From Alphaproteobacteria bacterium (GTDB taxonomy: Bacteria > Pseudomonadota > Alphaproteobacteria > UBA828), in NCBI GenBank assembly GCA_965220745.1, contig CBDCQT010000011.1:480001-544000 (forward strand): a DNA stretch of 64,000 nt, written 5' to 3'. Every line of letters begins with the position of its first letter. Within the stretch, counting starts at the first letter, position 1. Positions 1-8,538 of this stretch are shown one piece after another. The notes below the pieces were generated by a model. The model made no database searches. It saw nothing but the letters and a program-made list of their open reading frames with translations, and was not told where the DNA came from. Both the position numbers and the translations under genes were made by a program.

Positions 1-290
1 GTCAGCGCGGGCACGAGCTGGAGTTCCTGGTGCATGATCGCGACGCCCTTGGAGAGCGCCGAGAGGGGATCCCACGCACTCGCCAGCTCGCCGAAGACAT
101 CGAGCGTGCCCGCGCTCGCGGCATAGTAGCCGCCGAACACCTTGCCAAGCGTCGACTTGCCGGCGCCGTTCTCGCCGATCAGCCCGTGGATTTCGCCCGG
201 CAGGATGTCCACCGAGACGTCGCTGAGGACCCAGACGCCTGCGAAGGCGACGCCGATCCCGTTGGCTCGTAGCGCCGGCTCGTCAGCCAT
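1..290 (-). CDS. Sugar (CUT2/RbsA-like) ABC transporter ATP-binding protein, runs off the window edge
   Basis: Manual translation from ATG at 290: MADEPALRANGIGVAFAGVWVLSDVSVDILPGEIHGLIGENGAGKSTLGK...IMHQELQLVPALT; Walker A GENGAGKST and Q-loop. Not in the ORF track. Confidence 0.9.
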   Translation of the reverse strand, partial: MADEPALRANGIGVAFAGVWVLSDVSVDILPGEIHGLIGENGAGKSTLGKVFGGYYAASAGTLDVFGELASAWDPLSALSKGVAIMHQELQLVPAL

Positions 291-298
291 AACCGTGG

Positions 299-2023
299 TC
301 AGGCGCGCGGCTGCGATCCCTCTTCGTCCACGACGAGGTCCGAGGTGATCCGGACGCCATAGTCCCTCCAGGCTCCTTCAGGAGAAACGTAACCCCGAAG
401 CACGTCGCGCTGCACCTCCTTGAACGGGCGCGCCTTGGGATCGCCGTTGCCGCCGCCGCCGCCCGTCCAGGTCTCGACCACCGTGCCGGCGGCCACCGGC
501 CGCGCCCTCATCTTGAGCGGCCCTTCAGCCGACCCGTCGGGGTGGGTGATCTCGACCTTCGGGCCCCGTGCGTCTTGGCCCCCGTTCAACCCCCAAGCCG
601 GCGTGAGCGAGCGCTCGAACCAGAGCGCGCAGTAGCAATCCTCCAGCGTCTTGTAGCGGCGCAGGACACCGCAGCCGCCGCGATGCCGCCCCGGCCCGCC
701 GGAATCGGGGCGGATGGCGAACTCCTCGAGGCGGACGGGGAACTTCGTCTCCATCACCTCGGCGGGGATGTTGCGGAAACTGCCGTTCACCAGGTTGATC
801 AGGGCGCTCTCCCCGTCGCCGTCGTTGCGGCCGCCCCAGCCGCCGGCGGTGGCTTCAATGGACATCCACTGACCCCGTTTGCGGTCGACCGAGAAGAAGA
901 GGGAGACCATCGAATCCCCGTAGTGGGCGGCGGTGGAGCGTTCGGGGATCGCTTCGGAGAGGCAGGAGATGAAGAGGTCCGCCAGCAAGCCCAAGCCGGT
1001 GAAGTACCATTCGCACGCCGCCGGCTCCTTGGCGTTGAAGAGGCAATCGTCCGGGATGCGGACGGTCATCGTCTCGAACGAGCCGCCAGTGATGGCGCGC
1101 TCCGGGTTGATCATCGTCTTGTAGGCGAGGCGGAGCAGGGACACGGTCTGGCTCGCGCCGCAGTTGACTGAGCCGGGGACGATGCCAGAGGAGCCGGCTA
1201 GATCGACGATCAGCTCCTCGCCCTCAACCGTGAGCGTCAGCGCGACCTTCACCGGGTCGTCGCCCGCGCCGTCGCTGTCGAGATAGCCTTCCCGGTACCA
1301 GGTGCCGTCCTTGATCGCCGCGATCGCCTCACGGTCCATGCGCCTGGCCTGCTCGAAGATGTTTTCGCAGGCGTCTCGGTAGGTTTCGATGCCGATGCGG
1401 TCGAGCAGCTGGGAAAGCCTGCGCTCGCCGGTGCGGACGGCGGCGATCTGGGCGTCCAGGTCGCCTATGCTGGTGTCCGGCATGCGGGTGTTGAGCCTCA
1501 GCAGGTCGAACCATTCGCGGATGGGCTTGCCCTGCGCAACGATGCGGGTCGGCCCGAGACGCAGCCCCTCCTGGTAGATGTTCGTGGACCCCATGACCGT
1601 GCCGGGGTCGATGGCGCCGATGTCGTTCCAGTGCGCGCGCGCGGCGCCGAAGCCGATCAGCTCGCCGCCGAAGAAAATGGGCCCGACCACCGACACGTCA
1701 TGCAGGTGCGAGCCCTGCATGTAGCTGTCGTTCATGATGAAGACATCGCCCGGCGCGATGTCGTCGCCGTAATACTCCATCACGTGGTGGACGTTGGCGT
1801 CGATGGCGCCGATGAAGAGCGGCACGCCGCTGGATTGCCCCAGCATGTTGCCGTCGGCGTCCAGCAGCCCGACAGCGCTGTCCCGGCCCTCGTAGATCAC
1901 CGCCGAGTGGGCGGAGCGCCAGAGCGAGGCGTTCATGTCCTCCGCACAGGAGACGACGAAGTTGCGCACGATCTCGGTTGTGACCGGGTCTGCGATGTTG
2001 CGCAGCATCGGATCGTTCATCAT
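299..2023 (-). CDS. Hydantoinase B/oxoprolinase family protein
   Basis: [10 protein letters not shown] start, [37 protein letters not shown] and GGGGNGDP motifs; overlaps the upstream subunit A stop. Confidence 0.92.
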   Translation of the reverse strand: MMNDPMLRNIADPVTTEIVRNFVVSCAEDMNASLWRSAHSAVIYEGRDSAVGLLDADGNMLGQSSGVPLFIGAIDANVHHVMEYYGDDIAPGDVFIMNDSYMQGSHLHDVSVVGPIFFGGELIGFGAARAHWNDIGAIDPGTVMGSTNIYQEGLRLGPTRIVAQGKPIREWFDLLRLNTRMPDTSIGDLDAQIAAVRTGERRLSQLLDRIGIETYRDACENIFEQARRMDREAIAAIKDGTWYREGYLDSDGAGDDPVKVALTLTVEGEELIVDLAGSSGIVPGSVNCGASQTVSLLRLAYKTMINPERAITGGSFETMTVRIPDDCLFNAKEPAACEWYFTGLGLLADLFISCLSEAIPERSTAAHYGDSMVSLFFSVDRKRGQWMSIEATAGGWGGRNDGDGESALINLVNGSFRNIPAEVMETKFPVRLEEFAIRPDSGGPGRHRGGCGVLRRYKTLEDCYCALWFERSLTPAWGLNGGQDARGPKVEITHPDGSAEGPLKMRARPVAAGTVVETWTGGGGGNGDPKARPFKEVQRDVLRGYVSPEGAWRDYGVRITSDLVVDEEGSQPRA

Positions 2024-4044
2024 CCCGCCTCCTTCGTCATGGAGAGGTGGCCGCCCTCGATCACCGTGGCGCTCCAGCCGGGCGGCACCAGCGTCGTCGC
2101 GGTCGATTCCTCGATGATCGCAGGGCCCGCCACGGCATCGCCGATTTCGAGCCCGTTGCGGTCGAGCACCGGCGTCTTCAGCGGCCGGCCGGCGAAGATG
2201 ACATCCCGCTCACGCGTGGGCCTTGCGGGCTCGCGCGCGGGCGGCGCGGAGTCCGGGCGCGCCAGCCGGCCGAGCGCGGCCAGGCGAATGTTCGCCATCT
2301 CGACACGGTTCTCCGGGCTGGAATGGCCGTACTGCCGGTCGTATGCCACATCGAAGCTCATGCGCACGGCATTCATGTCGATGGTCCCGCTCGGCACCGG
2401 GATGGTGAGGACATATTCCTGCCCGTAGTAGCGGAAGTCGATGGCGCGTTCGAAGGCGATGGCGTTCTCGGCGATACCCTCGTCCAGCAGGTGCTGGCGG
2501 CCGTTCTCCTCGAGCCCCGCGAACGCGGCTTCGAGGACCGATAGCTCCATGAGGTCCCAGAAGGAGTAGAGCGTCTCCTTGTAGTCGCGCCGCACGTCCG
2601 TTTGCAGCATGCCCCAAGCGGAAAACGCGCCGGGGTGCACCGGCACGATCACCTCGCGGATTTGCAACTCCTCGGCGAGCGCGCCCGCCTGCGCCGGCCC
2701 GGCGCCGCCGAAGGCCACGAGGGAGAAGTCCCGCGGATCGATGCCGCGCTGCACCGTAATGGTCCTGATCGCATCCGCCATCTTGGCGTTCACGACATCC
2801 ACGACGCCCTGCGCCATGGCCTCGGTCGTGAGCCCGAACGTCTCGCCGACCGTCGTGAGCGCCGCGCCCGCCGCGTCCCGGTCCAGCGCCATTGCACCGC
2901 CGGAGAAGTTGGCGCCGTCAAGCCGGCCGAGCACAAGGTTGGCGTCGGAGACCGTGGGCTCGGTCCCGCCCAACCCGTAGCAGGCAGGCCCCGGCATCGA
3001 GCCGGCGGATTGGGGGCCGACACGCATGGCGCCCGCCTCCTCCCACGCGATGGAGCCGCCGCCGGCGCCGATGACGTGGATATCCACCACCGACATCTGG
3101 ACCGGCAGCCCCTCCAGCTTGGCATGGTTGGAGCCGGACGGCAGCCCGTCGATGATCAGGCTGGCGTCGAAGGAGGTCCCGCCCATGTCGATGCAGATGA
3201 GGTTGGGCCGGCCGGTCGCGGCGGAGAGCGCCCTGCCGCCGATGGCGCCGCCGACCGGGCCGGAGAGCAGCGTCTGCAGCGGGGTCTCGCTTGCGGATTC
3301 CGCGGTCATCACGCCGCCGTTTGACTGCATGACGTGCAGGCCCCGGCCCTCGGGCAGGCGGTCGCCGAGGCCGCCGATCAGTGTCTCCAGGTATCCCCGC
3401 ACCACCGGCGCGAGGTAGCTGTCCATCACCGCGGTCGAGGTCCGCTCGAACTCCCGCCACTCGGGCGAGACCCGGTGCGAGAGCCCGATGGGAATGTCGG
3501 GCAGGCGGGCGCGCAAGTACTCGGCGGCCTCCAGCTCATGCGCGGGGTTCTTGAAGGAGAAGAGGAAGGCGATGGCGATCGCCTCGAAGCCCTCTTCCTT
3601 CACCGCGTCAACGAGGCAGTCGAGATCGCTCGTCTCCAGCGGTGTCACGGCCTCGCCGGTGGCCGCGGTCCGCTCCCGCGCCGTGAATGTGTGCTCCAGC
3701 GGCGTGAGCGGCTCGGGCTTGTTCCAGCGGATCGAGAAGATCTCGCCGCGGTCGTTGCCCTGGATCGTGTAGATGTCTCGAAAGTTCTCGGTGGTGAGCA
3801 GCGCCACCTTGGCGCCCCGCCGGGTGAGCAGCGCGTTCAGCCCCACCGTCGTGCCGTGGACGAAGAAGTCGATTGCGGCTTCGGTCGGGATCGCCGCCTC
3901 GATGCCCCGGAGCACCGCAAGCGCCGGGTCGTCCGGCGTCGAGAGAACCTTGGCAGCACCGCAGGCGCCGGTTGAACAGTCCTGATAGACGATATCCGTG
4001 AACGTGCCGCCGATATCGGCGGACACCCGATAGTGTCGGGTCAA
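2020..4044 (-). CDS. Hydantoinase A/oxoprolinase family protein (ATP-binding subunit)
   Basis: DIGGTFTD, HGTTVGLNALL, MQSNGG, LSGPVGG, DMGGTSFD, GAGGGSIA, GPQSAGS.PGPACY motifs; TTG start. Confidence 0.93.
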   Translation of the reverse strand: MTRHYRVSADIGGTFTDIVYQDCSTGACGAAKVLSTPDDPALAVLRGIEAAIPTEAAIDFFVHGTTVGLNALLTRRGAKVALLTTENFRDIYTIQGNDRGEIFSIRWNKPEPLTPLEHTFTARERTAATGEAVTPLETSDLDCLVDAVKEEGFEAIAIAFLFSFKNPAHELEAAEYLRARLPDIPIGLSHRVSPEWREFERTSTAVMDSYLAPVVRGYLETLIGGLGDRLPEGRGLHVMQSNGGVMTAESASETPLQTLLSGPVGGAIGGRALSAATGRPNLICIDMGGTSFDASLIIDGLPSGSNHAKLEGLPVQMSVVDIHVIGAGGGSIAWEEAGAMRVGPQSAGSMPGPACYGLGGTEPTVSDANLVLGRLDGANFSGGAMALDRDAAGAALTTVGETFGLTTEAMAQGVVDVVNAKMADAIRTITVQRGIDPRDFSLVAFGGAGPAQAGALAEELQIREVIVPVHPGAFSAWGMLQTDVRRDYKETLYSFWDLMELSVLEAAFAGLEENGRQHLLDEGIAENAIAFERAIDFRYYGQEYVLTIPVPSGTIDMNAVRMSFDVAYDRQYGHSSPENRVEMANIRLAALGRLARPDSAPPAREPARPTRERDVIFAGRPLKTPVLDRNGLEIGDAVAGPAIIEESTATTLVPPGWSATVIEGGHLSMTKEAG

Positions 4045-4069
4045 CTCACCACCTCCCGGCGCAAAGGCG

Positions 4070-4095
4070 CCGCCGGGGCCCGAAGGCCCCGGCGG
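4070..4095 (-). terminator. Intercistronic hairpin (11-bp stem, C-UUCG-G loop on minus strand); weak terminator or mRNA-stabilising stem
   Basis: CCGCCGGGGCC-CGAA-GGCCCCGGCGG directly after the solute-binding protein stop; only a 3-U tail. Confidence 0.6.
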
Positions 4096-4105
4096 GTAAC
4101 GTCGG

Positions 4106-5104
4106 TTACTGCTCCCACTCGCCCCTGAAGTCGGGGTTGGCGTCGAGAATGGCCTTGTCGATCATGGCCTGGAGCGGACCCGAGACATCCATGTTGATGG
4201 CGTTGTCCACCGGCTTGCCCTCGATGGCGTTGGCGATCTGCTCCATGGCGAGCGCGCCCATGGTCTTGGGGAAGTAAGCGAGGGTTGCATCCCAGCGCCC
4301 TTCGCGGATCGCCTCGATCGAGATCGCCGCAGCGCCGCCGCCGATGAGGTAGAGGTCGGCCACGTTGTAGCCCTCGGCTTCCAGCGCGATCTCCGCACCC
4401 ACCAGGTGCTGGTCGGCATTCGACAGCACCACGTGCACGTCCCGTGCCGCCTGCAGCATGTCCTGCATCGCCTTCAGCGAGGTATCCGGCGAGTACCAGC
4501 CCTCACCGACCCCCACCACCTTGATGTTGGGGTACTGGGCCAGAACCTTCTCGAAGGTCTCAAGCCGCAGATTGTCGAAAGGGAAGGTCTTGAAGCCGAT
4601 GATGATGATGACGTTGCAGGGGTCCTTGTCCGCGCAATACGCCGCGGCGGCCTCGGCCTGCCAGGTGGCGCCGTCGACGGGCGGCGATGCGACGGTCGAC
4701 GTGATGCCGGGCACCTGTGGCTGCAGGGTGGTGAGGTCCGGCCCGATCGGGAAGAGCACGGTCGCGATCGGCACACCGGCCTCGATCACTTGCTCGAACG
4801 CGCCGGAGATGCCGACGGGGTCGTTGGGCGCCACGATCATGCCCTCGAAGCGGCCGCTGGCGAGCACGTCCTCGATCTGGCTGTACTGGTGGATGGCGTC
4901 GAACTTGCCGTCGTAAATCTCGGCCTCGTAACCGAGCTTGATGGCCATTTCCTCGACACCTTCGTACGTGGCCTGGTTGAAGCCGTTCTGCGAAGAGGCG
5001 GCGAAGAAGGCGACCTTCTTCGATTGCGCCATTGCCGGCGTGGCCAGCGCAACGGCGAAGGCAAGGGCTACGGCCCCAAGCAGCAGCGTGATGGATCGCG
5101 TCAT
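4106..5104 (-). CDS. Sugar-type (RbsB-like) ABC substrate-binding protein
   Basis: Signal peptide MTRSITLLLGAVALAFAVALATPAMAQ after a GGGAG RBS; Peripla_BP_4-like motifs (Q..QIED, GMIVAPND). Confidence 0.88.
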   Translation of the reverse strand: MTRSITLLLGAVALAFAVALATPAMAQSKKVAFFAASSQNGFNQATYEGVEEMAIKLGYEAEIYDGKFDAIHQYSQIEDVLASGRFEGMIVAPNDPVGISGAFEQVIEAGVPIATVLFPIGPDLTTLQPQVPGITSTVASPPVDGATWQAEAAAAYCADKDPCNVIIIIGFKTFPFDNLRLETFEKVLAQYPNIKVVGVGEGWYSPDTSLKAMQDMLQAARDVHVVLSNADQHLVGAEIALEAEGYNVADLYLIGGGAAAISIEAIREGRWDATLAYFPKTMGALAMEQIANAIEGKPVDNAINMDVSGPLQAMIDKAILDANPDFRGEWEQ

Positions 5105-5164
5105 GTCAATGTCTCCCTTCTGCGTCTTGACCCACACGTAGTTTATCACCTTGACTCACCCGTA

Positions 5165-5190
5165 GCATATTATTATGCAAACATAATGCA
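5165..5190. promoter_or_regulatory. AT-rich divergent promoter region with overlapping palindromes, probable GntR operator
   Basis: GCATA-N4-TATGC (5165-5178) and ATTATG-CAAA-CATAAT (5172-5187) between the divergent SBP and gntR genes. Confidence 0.5.
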
Positions 5191-5231
5191 ATCGTTCAAG
5201 GCGAGAATTTTGGCAGTCTGAGCCACGGCGC

Positions 5232-5963
5232 ATGGCAGCGGAGATCAAGGCACGCCCCCGAAAGCGCGGGCGCCGCGGCGCTCTGCAGGTATACGACGTG
5301 CTGCGCGAGGAGATCCTCTGGGTGCGGATCGCGCCGGGCTCCGCTCTGGACGAGACCGCCCTTGCCGCCCGCTTCGAGGTCTCGCGCACACCCATCCGGG
5401 AGGCCCTGCTCCTGCTCGCGGGCGAACGGCTGGTCCAGTTCCTGCCGAACCGGACCAGCATCGTGGCGCACTTCTCGCTCGATAACACCGGCGACTATCT
5501 GGATACCGCGCTAATCATCTCCCGGGCCATGGCACGGGCGGCGGCGCTCTCCGGCCGGGCCGAGGCGGCGCCGTTGAACGATCACGTGCACCGCTTCGTC
5601 CAGGCGGTGGAGGACGATGACTGGGAGGCGTCGCTCAAGAGCGAGTTGGCGGCGCTTCGACATCTGGCAGGGCTTTCCCGCAATATCTTCCTCATCAAGT
5701 TCTTCGATGAGGTGATCGATGCTGGCATGCGCATGCGGGTGCTCCACTACTACCCCAATGCGACCAGCGAGGAGCGCCGCGCCTCGGTCGGGCGCATGAA
5801 GGCGCTGGTCGATGCGGTACTCGCCGGCGACGCCGCCGCGGGCGACCGCGCGATCGAGCGCATGATTCTGGCGGACTTGGCGATCATCGTCCGCTCGCTT
5901 GAGCCCCGATTCGGCGGGGAGATGCGGCTGGAGCGCTTCGGCCAGGGGCTCAGTGCGCTATGA
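5232..5963 (+). CDS. GntR family transcriptional regulator (FCD-type)
   Basis: wHTH LDETALAARFEVSRTPIREALLLL. Confidence 0.9.
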   Translation: MAAEIKARPRKRGRRGALQVYDVLREEILWVRIAPGSALDETALAARFEVSRTPIREALLLLAGERLVQFLPNRTSIVAHFSLDNTGDYLDTALIISRAMARAAALSGRAEAAPLNDHVHRFVQAVEDDDWEASLKSELAALRHLAGLSRNIFLIKFFDEVIDAGMRMRVLHYYPNATSEERRASVGRMKALVDAVLAGDAAAGDRAIERMILADLAIIVRSLEPRFGGEMRLERFGQGLSAL

Positions 5964-7060
5964 CGGGCCATGACCTTCGCCGCGACCGCGCAGCCGCGCT
6001 GATCCGGGGTGCGGGCCTGGATGCTGCTGCTTTCGTGCCGGGGCCGAGCTTTCAATACCTCACTGGCCTCGACTTCCCGCTGATGGAGCGCCCGACGCTG
6101 CTCTTCGTTACCGGGAAGGCCCAGATGCTCGCCGTCATGCCCGAACTCGAGCGCCTCAAGTGGTCGACCACCTTCCCCGACGCCGAGACCTTCTACTGGC
6201 AGGACAGCGACGGCTTCGAGCACGCCTTCGAGGCCGCGCTGCGCGCGTTGGGGGCTGCGGCCCTCGGCGTCGAAGGCGGGCGGATGCGCATGTTTGAGTA
6301 CGATGCGCTGCGCCGCCACGTGGGCAACGGCGAGGTGCGGAATGCCGACGCGGCCCTGCAGCCGCTCCGCATCGCCAAGGACGAGGACGAGATCGCGAGC
6401 CTTTCCCGCGCCATCGAGATCAGCCAGCTCGCGCTGGGCGAAACCCTCGACGAGGTCCGGGCCGGCGATACCGAGCGGGCCATCGCGGCGCTGTTGAAGA
6501 CCCGGATGCTGGCCCATGGCTCCGACGGTTTCGGCTTCGAGCCCATCGTGCTCGCGGGCGCCAAGGCGGCGAACCCGCACGGCACGCCGGACGATGCGCT
6601 GCTCAGGCCCGGCGACGCGCTGCTGATCGATTTCGGCGCGAAGATCGACGGCTTCAGCGCCGACATCACGCGGACCTTCTTCTGCGAGCATGTGGACGAC
6701 CGCCATGCGGAGATCTACGAGACCGTGCGGGCGGCGAACGCGCTGGGGCGCCGCATGGCCGCACCCGGCGTCACGGCGCACGATCTGGATACCGCCGTGA
6801 CCGACGTGCTCCGCGCCTCGCCCTTCGCCGACATGATCGTGCACAAGACCGGCCACGGCCTCGGGCTCGACGTGCACGAGGCGCCGCAGGTCATGGTCGG
6901 CAATCGCCAGCGGCTGGAGCCCGGCTTCGTCATCACCATCGAGCCCGGCCTCTACGGCGCAGGCGATGTCGGCATCCGGATCGAGGACGACGTGACCATC
7001 ACCGAGGACGGCGCTCGCTCGCTCACGTCGTTCCCGCGCGAACTACGCCTGATCGGTTAG
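5960..7060 (+). CDS. M24 Xaa-Pro peptidase family protein
   Basis: PHG, IDFGA...SADITRT, GHGLGLDVHE, TIEPGLY, IRIEDDV metal-binding motifs; ATGA overlap with gntR. Confidence 0.92.
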   Translation: MTGHDLRRDRAAALIRGAGLDAAAFVPGPSFQYLTGLDFPLMERPTLLFVTGKAQMLAVMPELERLKWSTTFPDAETFYWQDSDGFEHAFEAALRALGAAALGVEGGRMRMFEYDALRRHVGNGEVRNADAALQPLRIAKDEDEIASLSRAIEISQLALGETLDEVRAGDTERAIAALLKTRMLAHGSDGFGFEPIVLAGAKAANPHGTPDDALLRPGDALLIDFGAKIDGFSADITRTFFCEHVDDRHAEIYETVRAANALGRRMAAPGVTAHDLDTAVTDVLRASPFADMIVHKTGHGLGLDVHEAPQVMVGNRQRLEPGFVITIEPGLYGAGDVGIRIEDDVTITEDGARSLTSFPRELRLIG

Positions 7061-7100
7061 CTCGGCTCGACTGCCAGGGCCGGAGCGTCCCCGCGATTCC

Positions 7101-7256
7101 CCGGACCATGGTGCGATGCAAGGCGGGCGGCGAGCGCGTCAGGATCGCGCCATGCCATGCGAGAGCACGCCGCCCCCAGTCACCGCCGTCATCCCCGCCT
7201 GTCCCCGTGGCTTCCCACCCATCCCGCCTAATCCCGGCGTGTCCCGCATGAAAATT
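7101..7256 (+). repeat. Dispersed intergenic element, copy A (67-bp block plus phased decamer array)
   Basis: Matches the reverse complement of 47791-48045 in three segments (18/20, 15/17, 33/36 by eye). Confidence 0.75.
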
Positions 7257-7313
7257 GTTTGTCGGACGTGGGACGCGGAGCCGGGTCGCGAACACGGTGA
7301 GAGATGCAGACGA

Positions 7314-8081
7314 TCAGTCTTCGCTCCGTCGGCGCTTGAGCCGCTCGGCGCCGGCGCGGAGACGGGCCTGAGCCTCGTCACCGCTCCAGATCTCCACCTG
7401 GCGGGCGATCCGGGTAGGCATCTGCTCCCTCAGGTCGGCGCAGAACTTGCCGAGCCTCATGCGCTTGGATTCCACGAAGGCCTCCGGCGCAAGGTCGCGC
7501 AGGAACAGCAGGCGATCCCACGCCATTCTCTCGATGTCTTCCTTGGGCCCGGTTTCGTGAACGAGGCCCAGCGCGCGGCCCTCCTCGGCGCGGACCAGCT
7601 TGCCGGTATAGATCAGATCGGAGGCAACGAAGTCTCCGGCGACGAAGCGCAGGAGCTGGTCGCCGTAGTAGGGGTTGGGCACGCCGAGCAGGATTTCGGG
7701 CTTGCCGATCAGCACGCGCCCGCTGGCGGCGTAGCGGTAGTCGCAGGCGAGGTAGATGGCCATGCCACCGCCGATGGCGTGGCCCTTGATGGCGCCGACG
7801 ATGGGCAGGGGCGATTCCAGCATGGCCAGGATGAGCCCCGCCAGCGCGTGAAACATCTCGCTGATCTCGGCGCGCGAGCACGCGAGCGCCCAGTCCAGGT
7901 CCAGGCCGTTGCAGAAGAATTTTTCGCCGCCGCAGAGCATGGCGCCGCGCGCATCGTGGTTGGCGTCTTCGACCGCCCGCGCGAGGTCCTGGATGACCGC
8001 CGTGGTCAGCGCGTTGGTGGTGCCGCTGCTAAGGCGGATGCGCAGGCAGTCGTCCGCGTGCTCGCGCAGGATGTTGGCCAC
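7314..8081 (-). CDS. Enoyl-CoA hydratase/isomerase (crotonase) family protein
   Basis: FFCNGLDL oxyanion motif, GHAIGGG, PEILLG. Confidence 0.9.
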   Translation of the reverse strand: MANILREHADDCLRIRLSSGTTNALTTAVIQDLARAVEDANHDARGAMLCGGEKFFCNGLDLDWALACSRAEISEMFHALAGLILAMLESPLPIVGAIKGHAIGGGMAIYLACDYRYAASGRVLIGKPEILLGVPNPYYGDQLLRFVAGDFVASDLIYTGKLVRAEEGRALGLVHETGPKEDIERMAWDRLLFLRDLAPEAFVESKRMRLGKFCADLREQMPTRIARQVEIWSGDEAQARLRAGAERLKRRRSED

Positions 8082-8106
8082 GACCCTCTCCCTCGGTGTG
8101 TGTCGC

Positions 8107-8520
8107 TCAGCCCCGGCGCGGGCGGAAGCGCGGCAGCGTGAGCGTCTCCGTCACGCGGTCGAACACGACCTCGACCGGGAGTCCCACCCGCAGCGCATCC
8201 GCCGGGCATTCGACGATGCTCGCGGTCAGCCGCACGCCTTCCGCCAGCTCGATCTGCGCCACGGCGTAAGGGATATCGGCCCTGAACGCAGGAAACCAGT
8301 CCTGGTGAACCACGGTCCACGTGGAGACCGTGCCGTGACCCTGCACCTCCTCCCAGCCGATCCGCTCGGAGAAGCAGGCGGGGCAGACCGGGCCGGGCGG
8401 CCAGTGCCAGGCGGCGCAATCGCCGCACCGGGGTAGGCGGAGCGTGCCCTCGTGCGCGCTCTCCCAGAAGCGCGCGTTGTCCGGGTTGATGCGCGGCGTG
8501 GGTTTCTCGTAGGCGCTCAT
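8107..8520 (-). CDS. DUF35 Zn-ribbon/OB-fold protein
   Basis: FWE...L.LPRCGDC...PP..VCPAC, G.V.TWTVVH, PY..A.IELAEGVRL. Confidence 0.9.
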   Translation of the reverse strand: MSAYEKPTPRINPDNARFWESAHEGTLRLPRCGDCAAWHWPPGPVCPACFSERIGWEEVQGHGTVSTWTVVHQDWFPAFRADIPYAVAQIELAEGVRLTASIVECPADALRVGLPVEVVFDRVTETLTLPRFRPRRG

Positions 8521-8538
8521 CGGCCAGCCCCGGCCCCG

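Noticed and set aside
7191-7250. CRISPR array
   Set aside because: Units are 10 bp, degenerate and contiguous with no spacers; no cas genes in the window
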